This document shows, one piece after another, positions 1-10,962 of a DNA stretch of 64,000 nucleotides; within the stretch, counting starts at the first letter, position 1; each line of letters begins with the position of its first letter. The notes under the pieces are model-generated. The model made no database searches. It worked only from the letters and a program-made list of their open reading frames with translations, and was not told the origin of the DNA. The DNA is from Salisapilia sapeloensis CBS 127946 (taxonomy: Eukaryota > Protista > Oomycota): NCBI GenBank assembly GCA_023334545.1, contig JAADVB010000028.1, forward strand, positions 46,957 to 110,956, given 5' to 3'. The position numbers and the translations under genes are program-made.

Positions 1-2332
1 AAACTTCTTCCAATCCAGCATCATTCGGACGAAACAATGGAATGGAGTAGAGTAGGAGCAACTGTGCTATCCCGTACATGGCAGCAGATGCAAAGTGAAC
101 ACCAGCTACTTTGAAAAGGACTTCTCGCCAGCATAAGATCGTGATGGAGAAGATCAGCGCGACACTCAGGATCGTCCATGCGACTCCTTGCATCGTCACG
201 AACCTCAAGCCACCTCGAAAAGGCTGATAGAAAGTGTAAGCTGGGTGAAGGGCAGGCCCAGATGCACCGTGCGTCAGCAACATACCGACGACAGACGACG
301 CACAGCCGAAAGAGTACATGACTTCTCGAACTGGGAATGAATATTCGACTCCTCTTAGGAACTCAGAGGCAGCCAGTAGGGAGCTGGAACCGACTGTGAT
401 GAAGATATTGACTGCTGCTCGCCACTTTAGCGAAGCGATATCTGATAAGACGGATGTGTTTCGTTCAAGAACTTGGTCAGTGCATGTAGATGGCTCAGGG
501 GAGAGTTGGAACGAAGTCATGGACCACAGGAGGCACATGGGTGGGAAGATTCCGAAGACACCAAGCAAACTGTAAACGCCTGTGGGTAATTCACCAGTTG
601 AATGCAGTAAAGCAAGGCTTTCAAAGAGGATGTCAACTGCAAAGAGTGTCCAGCCAAGACCTTGGCGAATGACATGGTCCGAGCCTCCTTCAAAAGGTTG
701 CCACAATCGAAACTTATCATACAGACGCGTGCCGGAGAATTGTGCAACGATCGACGCGATGATTATCATGGAGACTCCGATCGTCAAGATGAAGGCCTGG
801 AGTGGTTCATGCATCTCGTCTTTATACATGTCCACAATCGCATGTACCACTAAAGAGGAAAGACAACACAAAATCACCATGGCGTTCTCTCCTTTTGCCG
901 AGTCTGGTTTATCCATAGATGCACTGCGAGGACGGTTGCCAACTGCAGGACGAAGAGAGGTATCAGAAGGAACAAAGTAGGATAGAGAGACGCCAATGGC
1001 GAAGGCCGCGGCGACTCCGAGTCCAAGGACGAAGAGAGAAGGGAGTTCCCCCATCCTGTCTCGATTGAGACAAAGGACGATGGAGAGTGCGAGGAAGAAG
1101 CCGTACCAGAGCCAGCCGATGGTCTGAAGAAAGACGAACTTGGCGCCTCCACGAAAGGGCTGCCACACTTGATACCCAGCACATGAACGCAAGCCAGCAG
1201 TATGAGCGACAGGGGTAGCTAGAGCGATGGACAGAATATAGAGTTTCCACAGCGCGAGCGTGTGGCCTTGGACGAATCTGTTCATGGCACTAGGTAATGC
1301 CTCGGCACGTGCACAATGAGAGAGAGCTCCACCAGCTAGCGCCCAGACACACATGATGACACTCACGTAGAGCTGTCGAGGTCTGTTGCGTAGGAAGTGA
1401 TCTTCATGAGATTTAAACTTACTAGGTGCGTCCGTCGCGTACGGTCGAAAGTATTGGAGTGATAGCAAAAGGAGGATCTGAGAGACAAGACCGTTGACGC
1501 CGATGAAGGCTATGGTCCCGACGGAGTACACTGGCATGGAGCCTGTAGTAGAGTCTTCGACGGTAATGAGGAGCAAAGCCCCTGCTAAGGAGCATGCAAA
1601 GAGCTGCCAGCCAATGTATTGAACCAGTAGAAACATTCGTCCACCTTCAAAGGGCTGCCAGAGCTTATATCCAGGCACGTCTCTCCATCCACAACCGACG
1701 TGGATGAGCACTGCTGATATGATAAACTCGATGCAAGCAGTGATGAGGACGCTGGATGTGTGCAAGGTATGCTTCTCGTCTACTTCTATTAAGATGAACA
1801 TGAGTGCGCCAGACGTCGCTAGCAAGAGACCTAATGCAGCCTTGACGCTCTTCCACGGAGCTCGTGGTCTATTTGATGAAAGCGTTCCCGTCGTATCGAC
1901 ACTTGGATGAAATGTACTAAAAGAATGTCTAGGAGGTTTATCGCAACAGTTGAGACTGAGATTTAGCAGGATCTGCGCAGAGAAGCTGATAACGCCTAGA
2001 AAGAGGTACTGCCCATCAAACCACTTGGCTTTCTCTACATTCGCGACACTGACGACTGCTGCCGTCAAAGACAGGGTATGTAGCGTCCATCCGATGGTCT
2101 GTAAGAATATAAATTCCAGTCCACCTTCAAATGGCATCCACCATCGAAACGTAGAGGACTGTAGTGAACCAGCTAGTAACGTCAGTGGGCCTGTCCAGGC
2201 AAAGCTTAGAGCTCCAATTGCAATCAAAGTCCATGCCGATTCTGAAACTACTTCTGCAGCAATGTAGAGGAAGAAAGCAGCAACAGAAAGTACCAAAGCA
2301 CCTAGCCGTAGTTCTTGACTTGACCGCTGCAT
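1..2332 (-). CDS. Multi-pass membrane protein with five (W/Y)xPF(R/E)GG repeats; probably the N-terminal part of an oomycete DGAT2/MGAT-type acyltransferase. Runs off the left edge (partial).
   Basis: Manual translation of the minus strand is open from ATG 2332 (alternative ATG 2356) to base 2, giving 777 codons: MQRSSQELRLGALVLSVAAFFLYIAAEV...WWMPFEGGLEFIFLQTIGW...FYQPFRGGLRFVTMQGVAW... It is very hydrophobic. The ORF track omits it, probably because there is no stop inside the window. The acyltransferase link is recalled, not seen. Confidence 0.85.
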   Translation of the reverse strand, partial: MQRSSQELRLGALVLSVAAFFLYIAAEVVSESAWTLIAIGALSFAWTGPLTLLAGSLQSSTFRWWMPFEGGLEFIFLQTIGWTLHTLSLTAAVVSVANVEKAKWFDGQYLFLGVISFSAQILLNLSLNCCDKPPRHSFSTFHPSVDTTGTLSSNRPRAPWKSVKAALGLLLATSGALMFILIEVDEKHTLHTSSVLITACIEFIISAVLIHVGCGWRDVPGYKLWQPFEGGRMFLLVQYIGWQLFACSLAGALLLITVEDSTTGSMPVYSVGTIAFIGVNGLVSQILLLLSLQYFRPYATDAPSKFKSHEDHFLRNRPRQLYVSVIMCVWALAGGALSHCARAEALPSAMNRFVQGHTLALWKLYILSIALATPVAHTAGLRSCAGYQVWQPFRGGAKFVFLQTIGWLWYGFFLALSIVLCLNRDRMGELPSLFVLGLGVAAAFAIGVSLSYFVPSDTSLRPAVGNRPRSASMDKPDSAKGENAMVILCCLSSLVVHAIVDMYKDEMHEPLQAFILTIGVSMIIIASIVAQFSGTRLYDKFRLWQPFEGGSDHVIRQGLGWTLFAVDILFESLALLHSTGELPTGVYSLLGVFGIFPPMCLLWSMTSFQLSPEPSTCTDQVLERNTSVLSDIASLKWRAAVNIFITVGSSSLLAASEFLRGVEYSFPVREVMYSFGCASSVVGMLLTHGASGPALHPAYTFYQPFRGGLRFVTMQGVAWTILSVALIFSITILCWREVLFKVAGVHFASAAMYGIAQLLLLYSIPLFRPNDAGLEEV

Positions 2333-2450
2333 GAGACAAGAGGAAGTGTCGATCATAGAAGGTGTCAGGCTAATTCACAGCCTTATTCAGCTCTATTTTA
2401 GTCTGATGGATAAATATAGCATCATTCGATTCTCGACACAAAGTACAAAA

Positions 2451-4348
2451 ATGCGTTTTGGAGGCTTTGGGGTGCTTGTGCTCGGGTTTTGCCGAGCTGT
2501 TCAAGCTACTTCGTACTGTCTAGATGCTGCATTAGAACTGCACTTTGATGAGGAGTCAATAGCTAGAGCCCAGTATGCTGAATTGAAGGAAAAATTGCGA
2601 GCTGATAGGAGCTGCCTGCGACATCAGGCGAATACGGCCGTGATTGATAACTTGCAAAGGAGAATTCCATCTATGGAGTCACATGCAGTGGATTGCATGG
2701 GTTTGAGTACACCAGACGAACAGGACAAGAAGCCTGGTATGTTGTCGATCGTGTCTATATGCTCCAAGACGCAAGATGCTAGGACGGACGAATGGGAGTC
2801 TGGTGTGCATCAGCTACTAGAAAAAGCATACCCGACAGGTGCAGACGACAACAGAATTGCCATGGGTGATTTGACGGCCTTAGTTTCATCTGTCATGATT
2901 TCAGACGGGTATGAACTGCCGACAGGAACTGGCATGCCAAGTTTCGAGCTGCTTCACGCTGAATTTAACATTGATTCGTTCTCCAAAGCAAGCCAAGTGG
3001 ATCTCACGATAGGTAACAACGGCAAAGTACCTTTATACGTCTTTGGTACCGCTGCAACCCACCGTGAGACGCATGAGTCGACAATATTTATGGCCAAGGA
3101 GGTAGCAACGATCCTGCCATCTCAATCCCAATCAATCGCATTCACCTCTTCTTTCGAAATGCACATTGGATACAACGAAAGTATCGTCCTGTACGTTGGT
3201 CACAGTAGTTTCCTAGCCCATCGCTTCACCGGTGTCGTCCAAGATGTTACTTTTCTGTTTGAAGCTCCTGCATCCTTCGGTCGCTCCGTCTTCCAAGCAC
3301 GAGATGGCACCCCTCTGGATCCATCGACCTTGACGTCAGATGTGACTTCTCTATTCCCTTCTTTTCCGTATTCAGCCTGGAAAGTCTACTCAATCGTCCT
3401 TGTCGTCGTCGTGGCAATCACGACAGTCTTGTACGTACGACGGAAGTGGGCTCGGAAGATCCGGCTGGTGTGTGGCAGCAGCCAGATAGCATCTCGAGTC
3501 CCCACGAGAGAGCAGAGGCAGCAGCAAGCACAAGCAAGTGGGTATACTCCATCCACTTCAGATGACATAGGAAAGCAGCAAGGTGCTAGTCACACTGGCA
3601 TTGAGATGGGACCGGTAAAGTCTGCTAGTACCAAGACTGTGCCTACGGAGTGGGGATTAAATACAGAGGCAGGTGCTTCGTGGAGGCCAAAGACCAAGTA
3701 CGTATGTGTAGCTATCGCTGGACGATATGTGCTTACGTTGGACAAAGTAGATTACCTCTAAAGAAGCCATTAAAACAACCGACTACGACTCAGACACCTC
3801 CAAGGTAGAGTCTAGACGTTGTTTAGAAGCTATTGCTGATAGATTGACATCTATGGGAATAGTCGAAGTGTATCAGCTGTGTCTGAAAGGAAGCAGGTGC
3901 AAGCGAAACCTTCGTATACATTGGTCTTGGACGAGGCTATACGATCGTTAAGTGGACAAGAGTTTGAACGATTATGGGAGGAATATGTAGAGAGGTATCA
4001 TTGCACTTGCTGATAGTGTCTACGAAGGTGACTAATGAGATCATCCTATTGTACAGGAGCGTGGCTACGTTTCAACTATCCTCTGCACTTGATGGCGAAC
4101 GTTTAGTACAGAAGATGGAGGAGCATCACGTCGCTTGCATCGCGAGTGGAGCTGTCGATGGTACACAAAAGTTCGTCTTCTACGGCAAAGTCAAGGGGGA
4201 AGGAGACTACCTGTTAGAGACAGTCGACGTGACTTCCACCTTTGACACTTCCCTCCACCTCCGAACCTCGAGACTTCTAGCAGGAAATATCGTCCAGGCA
4301 TTCGAAGCATTCGTCCGACAGCAAGTGACAAGTTGCATGCAGCAATAA
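2451..4348 (+). CDS. Type I membrane protein (signal peptide, luminal beta-rich domain, one TM helix) with a predicted spliced C-terminal beta-adaptin appendage-like domain
   Basis: ATG 2451 gives MRFGGFGVLVLGFCRAVQA (signal-like). TM segment AWKVYSIVLVVVVAITTVLYV is followed by RRKWARK. Putative GT-AG introns at 3702-3750, 3805-3842 and 3995-4056 join it in frame to LSGQEFERLWEEY...VACIASGAVDGTQKFVFYGK...YLLETVDV, with a stop at 4348. Confidence 0.65.
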
Positions 4349-4463
4349 ACTAGCACCATCTTTATCCATCCACACACACATCAAAGTAGAAGAGAGACGT
4401 AATGAGACTGCATGTCGAAAAATTAATGATTAAACTTTCGAGTATAACTCCTACGGACGAAAT

Positions 4464-6446
4464 CTAGAGCTCATCGTGATCATCGTCGTCAAAGTCAAAG
4501 TCGTCTTCCGTGTCCGTCGTGCTTTCGCCACCCTGGTACACCTTGGCCATGATCGGGTTGACCACCTTCTCCACTTCCTTTTGCTTGGCGTCAAAGTCCT
4601 CCTTGTCCGCCTCCGTGTTGTCATCCAACCAGTCCATGGCGTCCTGCACGGCAGTCAAGACAGCGTCCTTGTCGTCCTCATCCAACTTGTCCTCGAGCTT
4701 CTCCTCGACGTTGTTCTTGAGAGAGTACAAGTATCCTTCGAGCGAGTTACGGCCATCAATACGGTCCTTGGCGCGCTTGTCCTCTTCGGCGTACTCCTCT
4801 GCCTCCTGGACCATGCGGTCGATCTCTTCCTGGGACAATCGGCCCTTCTCGGCCGTAATCGTAATCGACTCGGCCTTGCCGGTGCCCTTGTCTTCCGCAG
4901 ACACTTGCAAGATACCGTTCGCGTCGACTTCAAACGTGACTTCGATCTGAGGCACGCCACGCGGAGCAGGCGGGATGCCCGTGAGTTCGAACTTGCCGAG
5001 CTGACGGTTGTCCTTGGTCATCGAACGTTCACCCTCGAAGACCTGGATCATGACCGCTGGCTGGTTGTCCTGGTACGTCGAGAACGTCTGGGACTTCTTC
5101 GTCGGAATGACCGTGTTACGGTTGATGAGCTTAGTCATGACGCCACCGACCGTCTCGATACCCTGTGAGAGAGGAACAACATCGATGAGCAACAAGTCCT
5201 TGGTCGTGTCGTCGTGGTCACCACGAAGGATACCGCCCTGGACGGCAGCACCGTAAGCGACAGCTTCGTCCGGGTTGACACCACGCGAAGGCTCCTTGCC
5301 GTTGAAGTAGTCCTTGATGAGCTGCTGGACCTTGGGGATACGCGTGGAACCACCGACGAGGACAATCTCATCAACCTCCGACTTCTTCATGTCGGCGTCG
5401 TTCAAGACCTTTTCGACCGGACCGAGTGTCTTCTTAAACAGGTCTTCGTTGAGCTTTTCGAAACGTGCACGGCTAAGCGACTCGGAGAAGTCTTCACCAT
5501 CAATGAGAGATTCGATTTCCATACGCGCTTGTGTCTGCGTCGACAGAGCGCGCTTGACACGCTCGGCTTCACGACGCATCTTCTGGAGCGCACGCTTGTC
5601 CGAGTTCAAGTCAATGCTCTTGTCCTTCTTGAGCTTCTTGCTAAAGTACTGCATGATGCGCTGGTCAAAGTCTTCGCCACCCAAGTGCGTGTCTCCGTTC
5701 GTGGCAAGCACTTCAAAGACGCCAGCGTCGATCGACAAGAGCGTCACGTCGAAGGTACCTCCACCAAGATCAAAGACCAAGACGTTCTTCTCACCCTGCG
5801 TCTTCTTGTCGATACCGTACGCAATAGCGGCGGCAGTCGGCTCGTTAATGATACGCTGGACGGTCAGACCGGCAATGGTACCGGCGTCCTTGGTGGCCTG
5901 ACGCTGGGCGTCGTTAAAGTAAGCAGGGACCGTGACCACAGCGTCGTGGACATCACTGCCAATGTAGTTCTCCGAGATCTGCTTCATTTTGGTAAGCACC
6001 ATGGCCGAAACTTCTTCCGGCGCAAACTGCTTCTTCTCGTCCTTGACCGTCACCTCAATAAACGGCTTGCCTTCCTTGTTCACAATGTTGTACGGAAGGA
6101 GTTTCTTGTCGGCTTGCACCGACTTGTCATTGTACTTGCGTCCGATGAGACGCTTGACATCGAAGAGCGTCTTCTCCGGGTTGATCGTCGCCTGGTTCTT
6201 GGCGCCGTCACCGATCAAACGCTCGTCGCTAGAGTCCCACGCAACGTACGACGGCGTGATACGGTTACCCTGGTCGTTCGCAATGATCTCGACCTTTTGG
6301 TCCTTGTAGTACCCGACGCACGAGTACGTCGTACCGAGATCGATACCGATGACCGGACCCTGCGGGGTCTTGGACTCATCAGCAGCGACAGTCGCGACGC
6401 CAGCCATCATTGTGGCAGCGGCCGCCACAATTTTCCACAGATTCAT
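4464..6446 (-). CDS. BIP: ER luminal Hsp70 chaperone BiP/GRP78
   Basis: Signal peptide [22 protein letters not shown], Hsp70 motifs [10 protein letters not shown] and [10 protein letters not shown], and C-terminal HDEL. Intronless. Confidence 0.98.
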   Translation of the reverse strand: MNLWKIVAAAATMMAGVATVAADESKTPQGPVIGIDLGTTYSCVGYYKDQKVEIIANDQGNRITPSYVAWDSSDERLIGDGAKNQATINPEKTLFDVKRLIGRKYNDKSVQADKKLLPYNIVNKEGKPFIEVTVKDEKKQFAPEEVSAMVLTKMKQISENYIGSDVHDAVVTVPAYFNDAQRQATKDAGTIAGLTVQRIINEPTAAAIAYGIDKKTQGEKNVLVFDLGGGTFDVTLLSIDAGVFEVLATNGDTHLGGEDFDQRIMQYFSKKLKKDKSIDLNSDKRALQKMRREAERVKRALSTQTQARMEIESLIDGEDFSESLSRARFEKLNEDLFKKTLGPVEKVLNDADMKKSEVDEIVLVGGSTRIPKVQQLIKDYFNGKEPSRGVNPDEAVAYGAAVQGGILRGDHDDTTKDLLLIDVVPLSQGIETVGGVMTKLINRNTVIPTKKSQTFSTYQDNQPAVMIQVFEGERSMTKDNRQLGKFELTGIPPAPRGVPQIEVTFEVDANGILQVSAEDKGTGKAESITITAEKGRLSQEEIDRMVQEAEEYAEEDKRAKDRIDGRNSLEGYLYSLKNNVEEKLEDKLDEDDKDAVLTAVQDAMDWLDDNTEADKEDFDAKQKEVEKVVNPIMAKVYQGGESTTDTEDDFDFDDDDHDEL

Positions 6447-6789
6447 GCTTCCTTGTCTAGCTTGTGAGAGTTGGACTTGTTCGTCTTGCGTCAAAAAGCG
6501 GAATGAATAAATGGATCGGATGGAGATACTTCCTTGGATACGTGTCGCCTTGCTACGTTTGCACGTGGCAGTTCCGAGTATACTTTACGTCAGACGATAG
6601 GGAAACAGCCTCGTTGACTTGCGATCGTGTCGGATGTATTCGACGAAACCAGTAGAATTTTCCAGAACAGTAGAAGCAGGATGTATTTACAAGGATTGGT
6701 TTCTAAGTGCGTATTGAACATGCGCAATTATGTAAAACACCCGAATCAACATGAACGATAGGAGGATGCGCATTTAACCGAAGCGCATC

Positions 6790-7737
6790 ATGGACGTTGT
6801 GCTCCTCGGGTCCGGACCATCGAGCTCCGTGCCTTCAATTCGATGTCTCTTGACTCCAATTCGCGATGCGCATAGTGACCATGCCCATCAAGTTTGTACA
6901 GTGTGTGACGAGGCTCATCGGAACCCATTGTCCAAGAACCGGAGACTGAATCCGACGCTGCTGCTTCGAGACCGTCGTCATTCGAAGGATGAGCCTGTAG
7001 ACATTCTAATCGATTGTGGCAAGACTTTTCGTGAATCTGCATTGCGTTTCTTCCCGACACTAGGTGTGTCGGAGATCCAGTCGCTCATTCTAACCCACGG
7101 CCATGCCGATGCTTGTCTTGGCATGGACGACTTGCGGGAAGTCCAGCCCAAGCACAGTAAAGACGGCACGCCAGTCCATTGCAGCGCTTTCACTAAGAAA
7201 GAGATTGGAAAGCGGTTTGACTACCTCGTGCCGAAGCCTCCATCTCGTGGTGAGCAAAAGAAGCTCATTCGATGGGTCGCACAGCTCGCTTTTAACGTCT
7301 TTGAGCCGTACGAGCCGTTCGTCGTGAAAGGAGGATTGAAACTCACACCATTCCCAGTGAGCCATGGCAATGACTACACTTCCTACGGCTTTGATTTTGG
7401 ACAGGAAGTTGGCGTTCGACTCGTCTACATCTCTGATGTGAGTGAGCTTCCATCGGAAGCAACAAGCTTCCTCACGAATGGTCAAGAGATTGACATCCTT
7501 ATCCTCGATGCACTGACGATCGAACGTTTCCACCCAACGCACTTGAATCTGCCGAAAGCCATCAGCATCATCCGTCAGCTTCGACCAAAGCGATCGATTC
7601 TAACGGGCATGGGCCACTCTTTTGACTACTACAGTCCTCCGCCAGAGCTACAAGACTTAGAAAGCGAAGGGCTTCATGTCGAAATGGGTTTCGATGGTCT
7701 TGAACTGTCGTTCCCACAATCGAATGAAGTCGAATAA
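6790..7737 (+). CDS. Metallo-beta-lactamase-fold hydrolase (PhnP/C777.06c-like)
   Basis: LLGSGPSSSVP start, ILIDCGKTF, THGHADACLGMDDLR (HxHxD motif), YISDVS and HPTHLN. 315 aa. Confidence 0.88.
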   Translation: MDVVLLGSGPSSSVPSIRCLLTPIRDAHSDHAHQVCTVCDEAHRNPLSKNRRLNPTLLLRDRRHSKDEPVDILIDCGKTFRESALRFFPTLGVSEIQSLILTHGHADACLGMDDLREVQPKHSKDGTPVHCSAFTKKEIGKRFDYLVPKPPSRGEQKKLIRWVAQLAFNVFEPYEPFVVKGGLKLTPFPVSHGNDYTSYGFDFGQEVGVRLVYISDVSELPSEATSFLTNGQEIDILILDALTIERFHPTHLNLPKAISIIRQLRPKRSILTGMGHSFDYYSPPPELQDLESEGLHVEMGFDGLELSFPQSNEVE

Positions 7738-7747
7738 AAAGTGAACA

Positions 7748-9634
7748 TCAAGTATCTTTGTCTGTTTCTCTTAGTCCGAGCTCTTGTGCGGCATGTACGA
7801 AGGTCGCTCGATGTAGCTTTGACGACACGTACGATCCATGCGTACGCTTTGGTTCGGGATACAATCGATGGAAACTCTTGACGAGATACGGGATCATATC
7901 CTCCAGCATCGTCTACGGATATGAATATACTTATCTAGGAGATTTATGTAGGTAGAAATGTACCTGAATCATGCATGAAAGATGTTCCTGTAGCTCTTGA
8001 TGCCGTTCGTTCTTCTCCTGAAGTCCATTCTGATCCATAAAATCGGCAGTGGTTTGCAGCAGCATCATGAACGAGTTATGTAGCTCTGCCGACAGACGCG
8101 AACGTAAAGATGTGATGGTGCACAGTCGAAGTTCATTCAACGACATGAGCACTGCATTCGTAAAGTCTGCCAGTAATGGTGTCGTAAGGAGGACTCTAGG
8201 TGGCGCGTACTCATCTGTATGAGCAGAGCTGGAGTCCTGATGCGGCGTGTAGATAGCTACGCGATTGCTGCTGGAGTTGTCTGGTGCATGAGCTTGTAGC
8301 TTGTCCTTGAACTCGAGGGCAGCACGACGCCAGGACTGGGCCATGAGTCCACTTACGTGGTCTTCAAAGTAGACACTCAGCACCGCTCGAAAGTCGACAC
8401 CGACACGTCCTAAGGATGACCCAAAGTAGAGACTTTGCTCCAGTATAGTCGCGAGCGAGCTAAAGTCATCGATTTTAGGAAGCTGTCTGCATACAGTAGT
8501 TAGTTTATTCGATTCGATAGCAAGATTCGTGAGAAAAGAGGTACTTGATAAGGATTTGGATAAAATCTGCGACAGTGGAAGTGGCCCAGCGACAGAGAGG
8601 AGGATCTACTTTTCCATCCAGAGTCTATGGATTGGCTAGTTAATACAAGAGACGACAGGGAGGTATTTAGATGCATACTTCACTGCCGAAGATGGCCGAG
8701 TACTGCGTTACGAGATCGAACCAGCTCGTGCGCTTGACGTCGATAACTTGAGTGATGTGCTGGTATGCGTCGGTGATGGGAATGCTTCGTGTGAGTGAGT
8801 TTAACCAATTATTTCGACAGAAAAGGAATTCTTCCTTGAGTTTTTCTTCATAGTCTGGGGAATCGGCCGAGTGTAAAGGCGTGTACTGGTCGAGACGACG
8901 GAGGTACCCGACGGCCCGAACGCAAGAAGAGAGGTCGATGTCTTCACGAAGTTTCTCGAGCAGCTTTTCACGCAACACGAGCTTTAATTGTGCTATTTCT
9001 TTCACCTGTATGCATGTATATGAATATATGGAGTTTAATAATGAAAAAAGAATTAATACGAGTAGTTGCAGAGCAACATTGGAACTCTGGGAACTTGAGG
9101 GATCCTCGAGCATCTCTTTGACAAATTGGACCATGTCCAATGCCGATTCAAACATTTCTTGTCGAATACATGACTCCAATAGATGCGGCATTTCCAGCAA
9201 TTCAGACAACTAGTGGTGTCTATTAGACCTATAAAATTGGTAGGAGCAGATAAGCAGAAGAAATGAACCTGCAAGTAGTGATCAAAGACATGCTGAATGT
9301 CGTTCTGCTTCTTGACGGCCGTCTTGGCGGTAGTTTCGAAGTCTGCACAATGCTCTTTCAGCGTAGGTAAGCTGTTACGTATATCTTGTGCCGACTGCTT
9401 CAATTCGCGTAGCTACACACGCATTTTGTGTTAATTATCATACTCGTCTACGCTTTGGATTGCACAAGATACATCATTTTGGACGATACTGGAGCATTGA
9501 CTGCTTTGAATAAAGACATGATAATTGTCCAGCACAAGGGATCGCAATTCCGTTGCAATCAAGTCTCCTTGCTCTTGCAATCGCTTTGGTTCCGTCCGCA
9601 AATCTGCCAACGAATGTACCTCGAGCTCACTCAT
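7748..9634 (-). CDS. COG8: Conserved oligomeric Golgi complex subunit 8 (Dor1), multi-exon
   Basis: Exon translations include LVLDNYHVFIQSS, ELLEMPHLLESCIRQEMFESALD, CVRAVGYLRRL, VIDVKRTSWFDLVTQYSAIF, LYFGSSLGRVGVDFR and LLTTPLLADFTNAVLMSLNELRLC. These are joined by short GT-AG introns. Confidence 0.9.
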
Positions 9635-10062
9635 TTTTGTGTGTCAGGCTTTGGTGTCAATGTTAATAACATTTATCGGGTACTTAACGAACTTCAGTTC
9701 GTCACTTGTACAGCCATGCTTCAACATGACAGAGAGGAGGCATGATCTACTCTTTATAGCAGAATCAATACGTAATAGCGCGTCCGTACAGATGCTACAT
9801 ATGTGCATGAAATGCATTATTCGAGAGGGATCAGGAATGCATAATTATATATAAGATTAGGCAAAAGCATGCGATTCGTGCAAGTACACGCAATCCGCAG
9901 ATGGTGGAGACTGAGTCGCATCCTCAGTACGTGGGGACGGACTAGTGCTGAATCGAAAGCTGACATGGCAGCATTGCGTTTCCAATCCGACAACACGAAA
10001 AACCTTTGCACGATTTTGTTTAGTTTACATTTTGCTACCTCCATCACAAGTAGCCTTTCATC

Positions 10063-10844
10063 ATGCTCCAAATCTTCCGTTCGCCACGCGTCACGTCGAA
10101 TCTTATTCGCCACGCACGATGTGCATTGACGACATCCTCTGCAACAAATGCTGCTTCCATTCCTGAAACAAAAGCACCGATCCGCTATGTCCCGGAAGGT
10201 GCCAGTGGAAACTACCTCATCGAACAAGTGTATGCGTTCATTATCTTACTCGAGTACATTGTCATGCTAAAGTCGCATCTGTCTACAGGAGTGAAGAATG
10301 GAGATCGTGTATTGCAGGCACGAACTTCCCAGCAGACTCTGTTGTCGGTGTAGCGCATGGCACTGTGGTACGTTTCATCTTTTATCTCTCCTCTGATCTC
10401 CTCCGGACACGTTGTTGACACTTCCACTAGCAACCAGCAGCAACTCGGTTCACGATCCAGATCACTGATGACAAGCACTTGGACTTTCGTGGCGGACTGG
10501 AGTTCGTCAACCACAGTTGTGAGCCCAACACGCGTGTTGTCATAGCCGAGCACTCGAACGAAGTCGCGTTCGTGACGACGCGAGATGTTCAGCAAGGTAC
10601 TTCCTATACACTCGATCGTCTTATCCATACCAACTAACGCACGTACCTAGGTGAACACTTGAGCTTTGACTACGACACGAGCGAGTGGGATATGGACGAG
10701 AAATTCGACTGCAAGTGCGGCAGTCCGTCCTGTCGTGGTCACATTGGTGGTGCCAAGTACTTATCCAAGGATCAAGTGACAAGAGCTCTCCCACTCTTTA
10801 CGCCAAGCATTTTGCGTGATCTACTACACCAGAAGCTGAACTAG
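10063..10844 (+). CDS. Small SET + post-SET domain lysine methyltransferase with a presequence-like N-terminus (3 introns)
   Basis: Spliced translation includes FTIQITDDKHLDFRGGLEFVNHSCEPN (NHSC motif), GEHLSFDY and post-SET FDCKCGSPSCRG. Confidence 0.88.
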
Positions 10845-10962
10845 ACCTTTGGACACTGTTATGATCCGAAAGGCTAAGTACAGAATTGTATCGTTCCTAC
10901 AAGCGATAGAAAGAATAAAGTGGATGTCGTCTCATTCTTTCGTTATGCGTTCATTAGTCAAC

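Noticed and set aside
318-2267. Short + and - strand ORFs listed in the first 2.3 kb, which could be mistaken for a decayed transposon
   Set aside because: All are shadows of the single intact minus-strand membrane-protein ORF. There are no RT, integrase or transposase motifs.
4476-6467. Long antisense ORFs (230 aa, 417 aa and others) opposite BiP
   Set aside because: This is the well-known shadow ORF of highly biased Hsp70 genes, the source of the spurious antisense 'NAD-GDH' annotation. There is no independent start, motif or domain evidence.
9650-10060. Minus-strand 136-aa ORF (9817-10227) between COG8 and the SET gene
   Set aside because: It overlaps the SET gene start on the other strand, has no recognisable domain, and I could not build a consistent exon structure. 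It is more likely a divergent promoter region.
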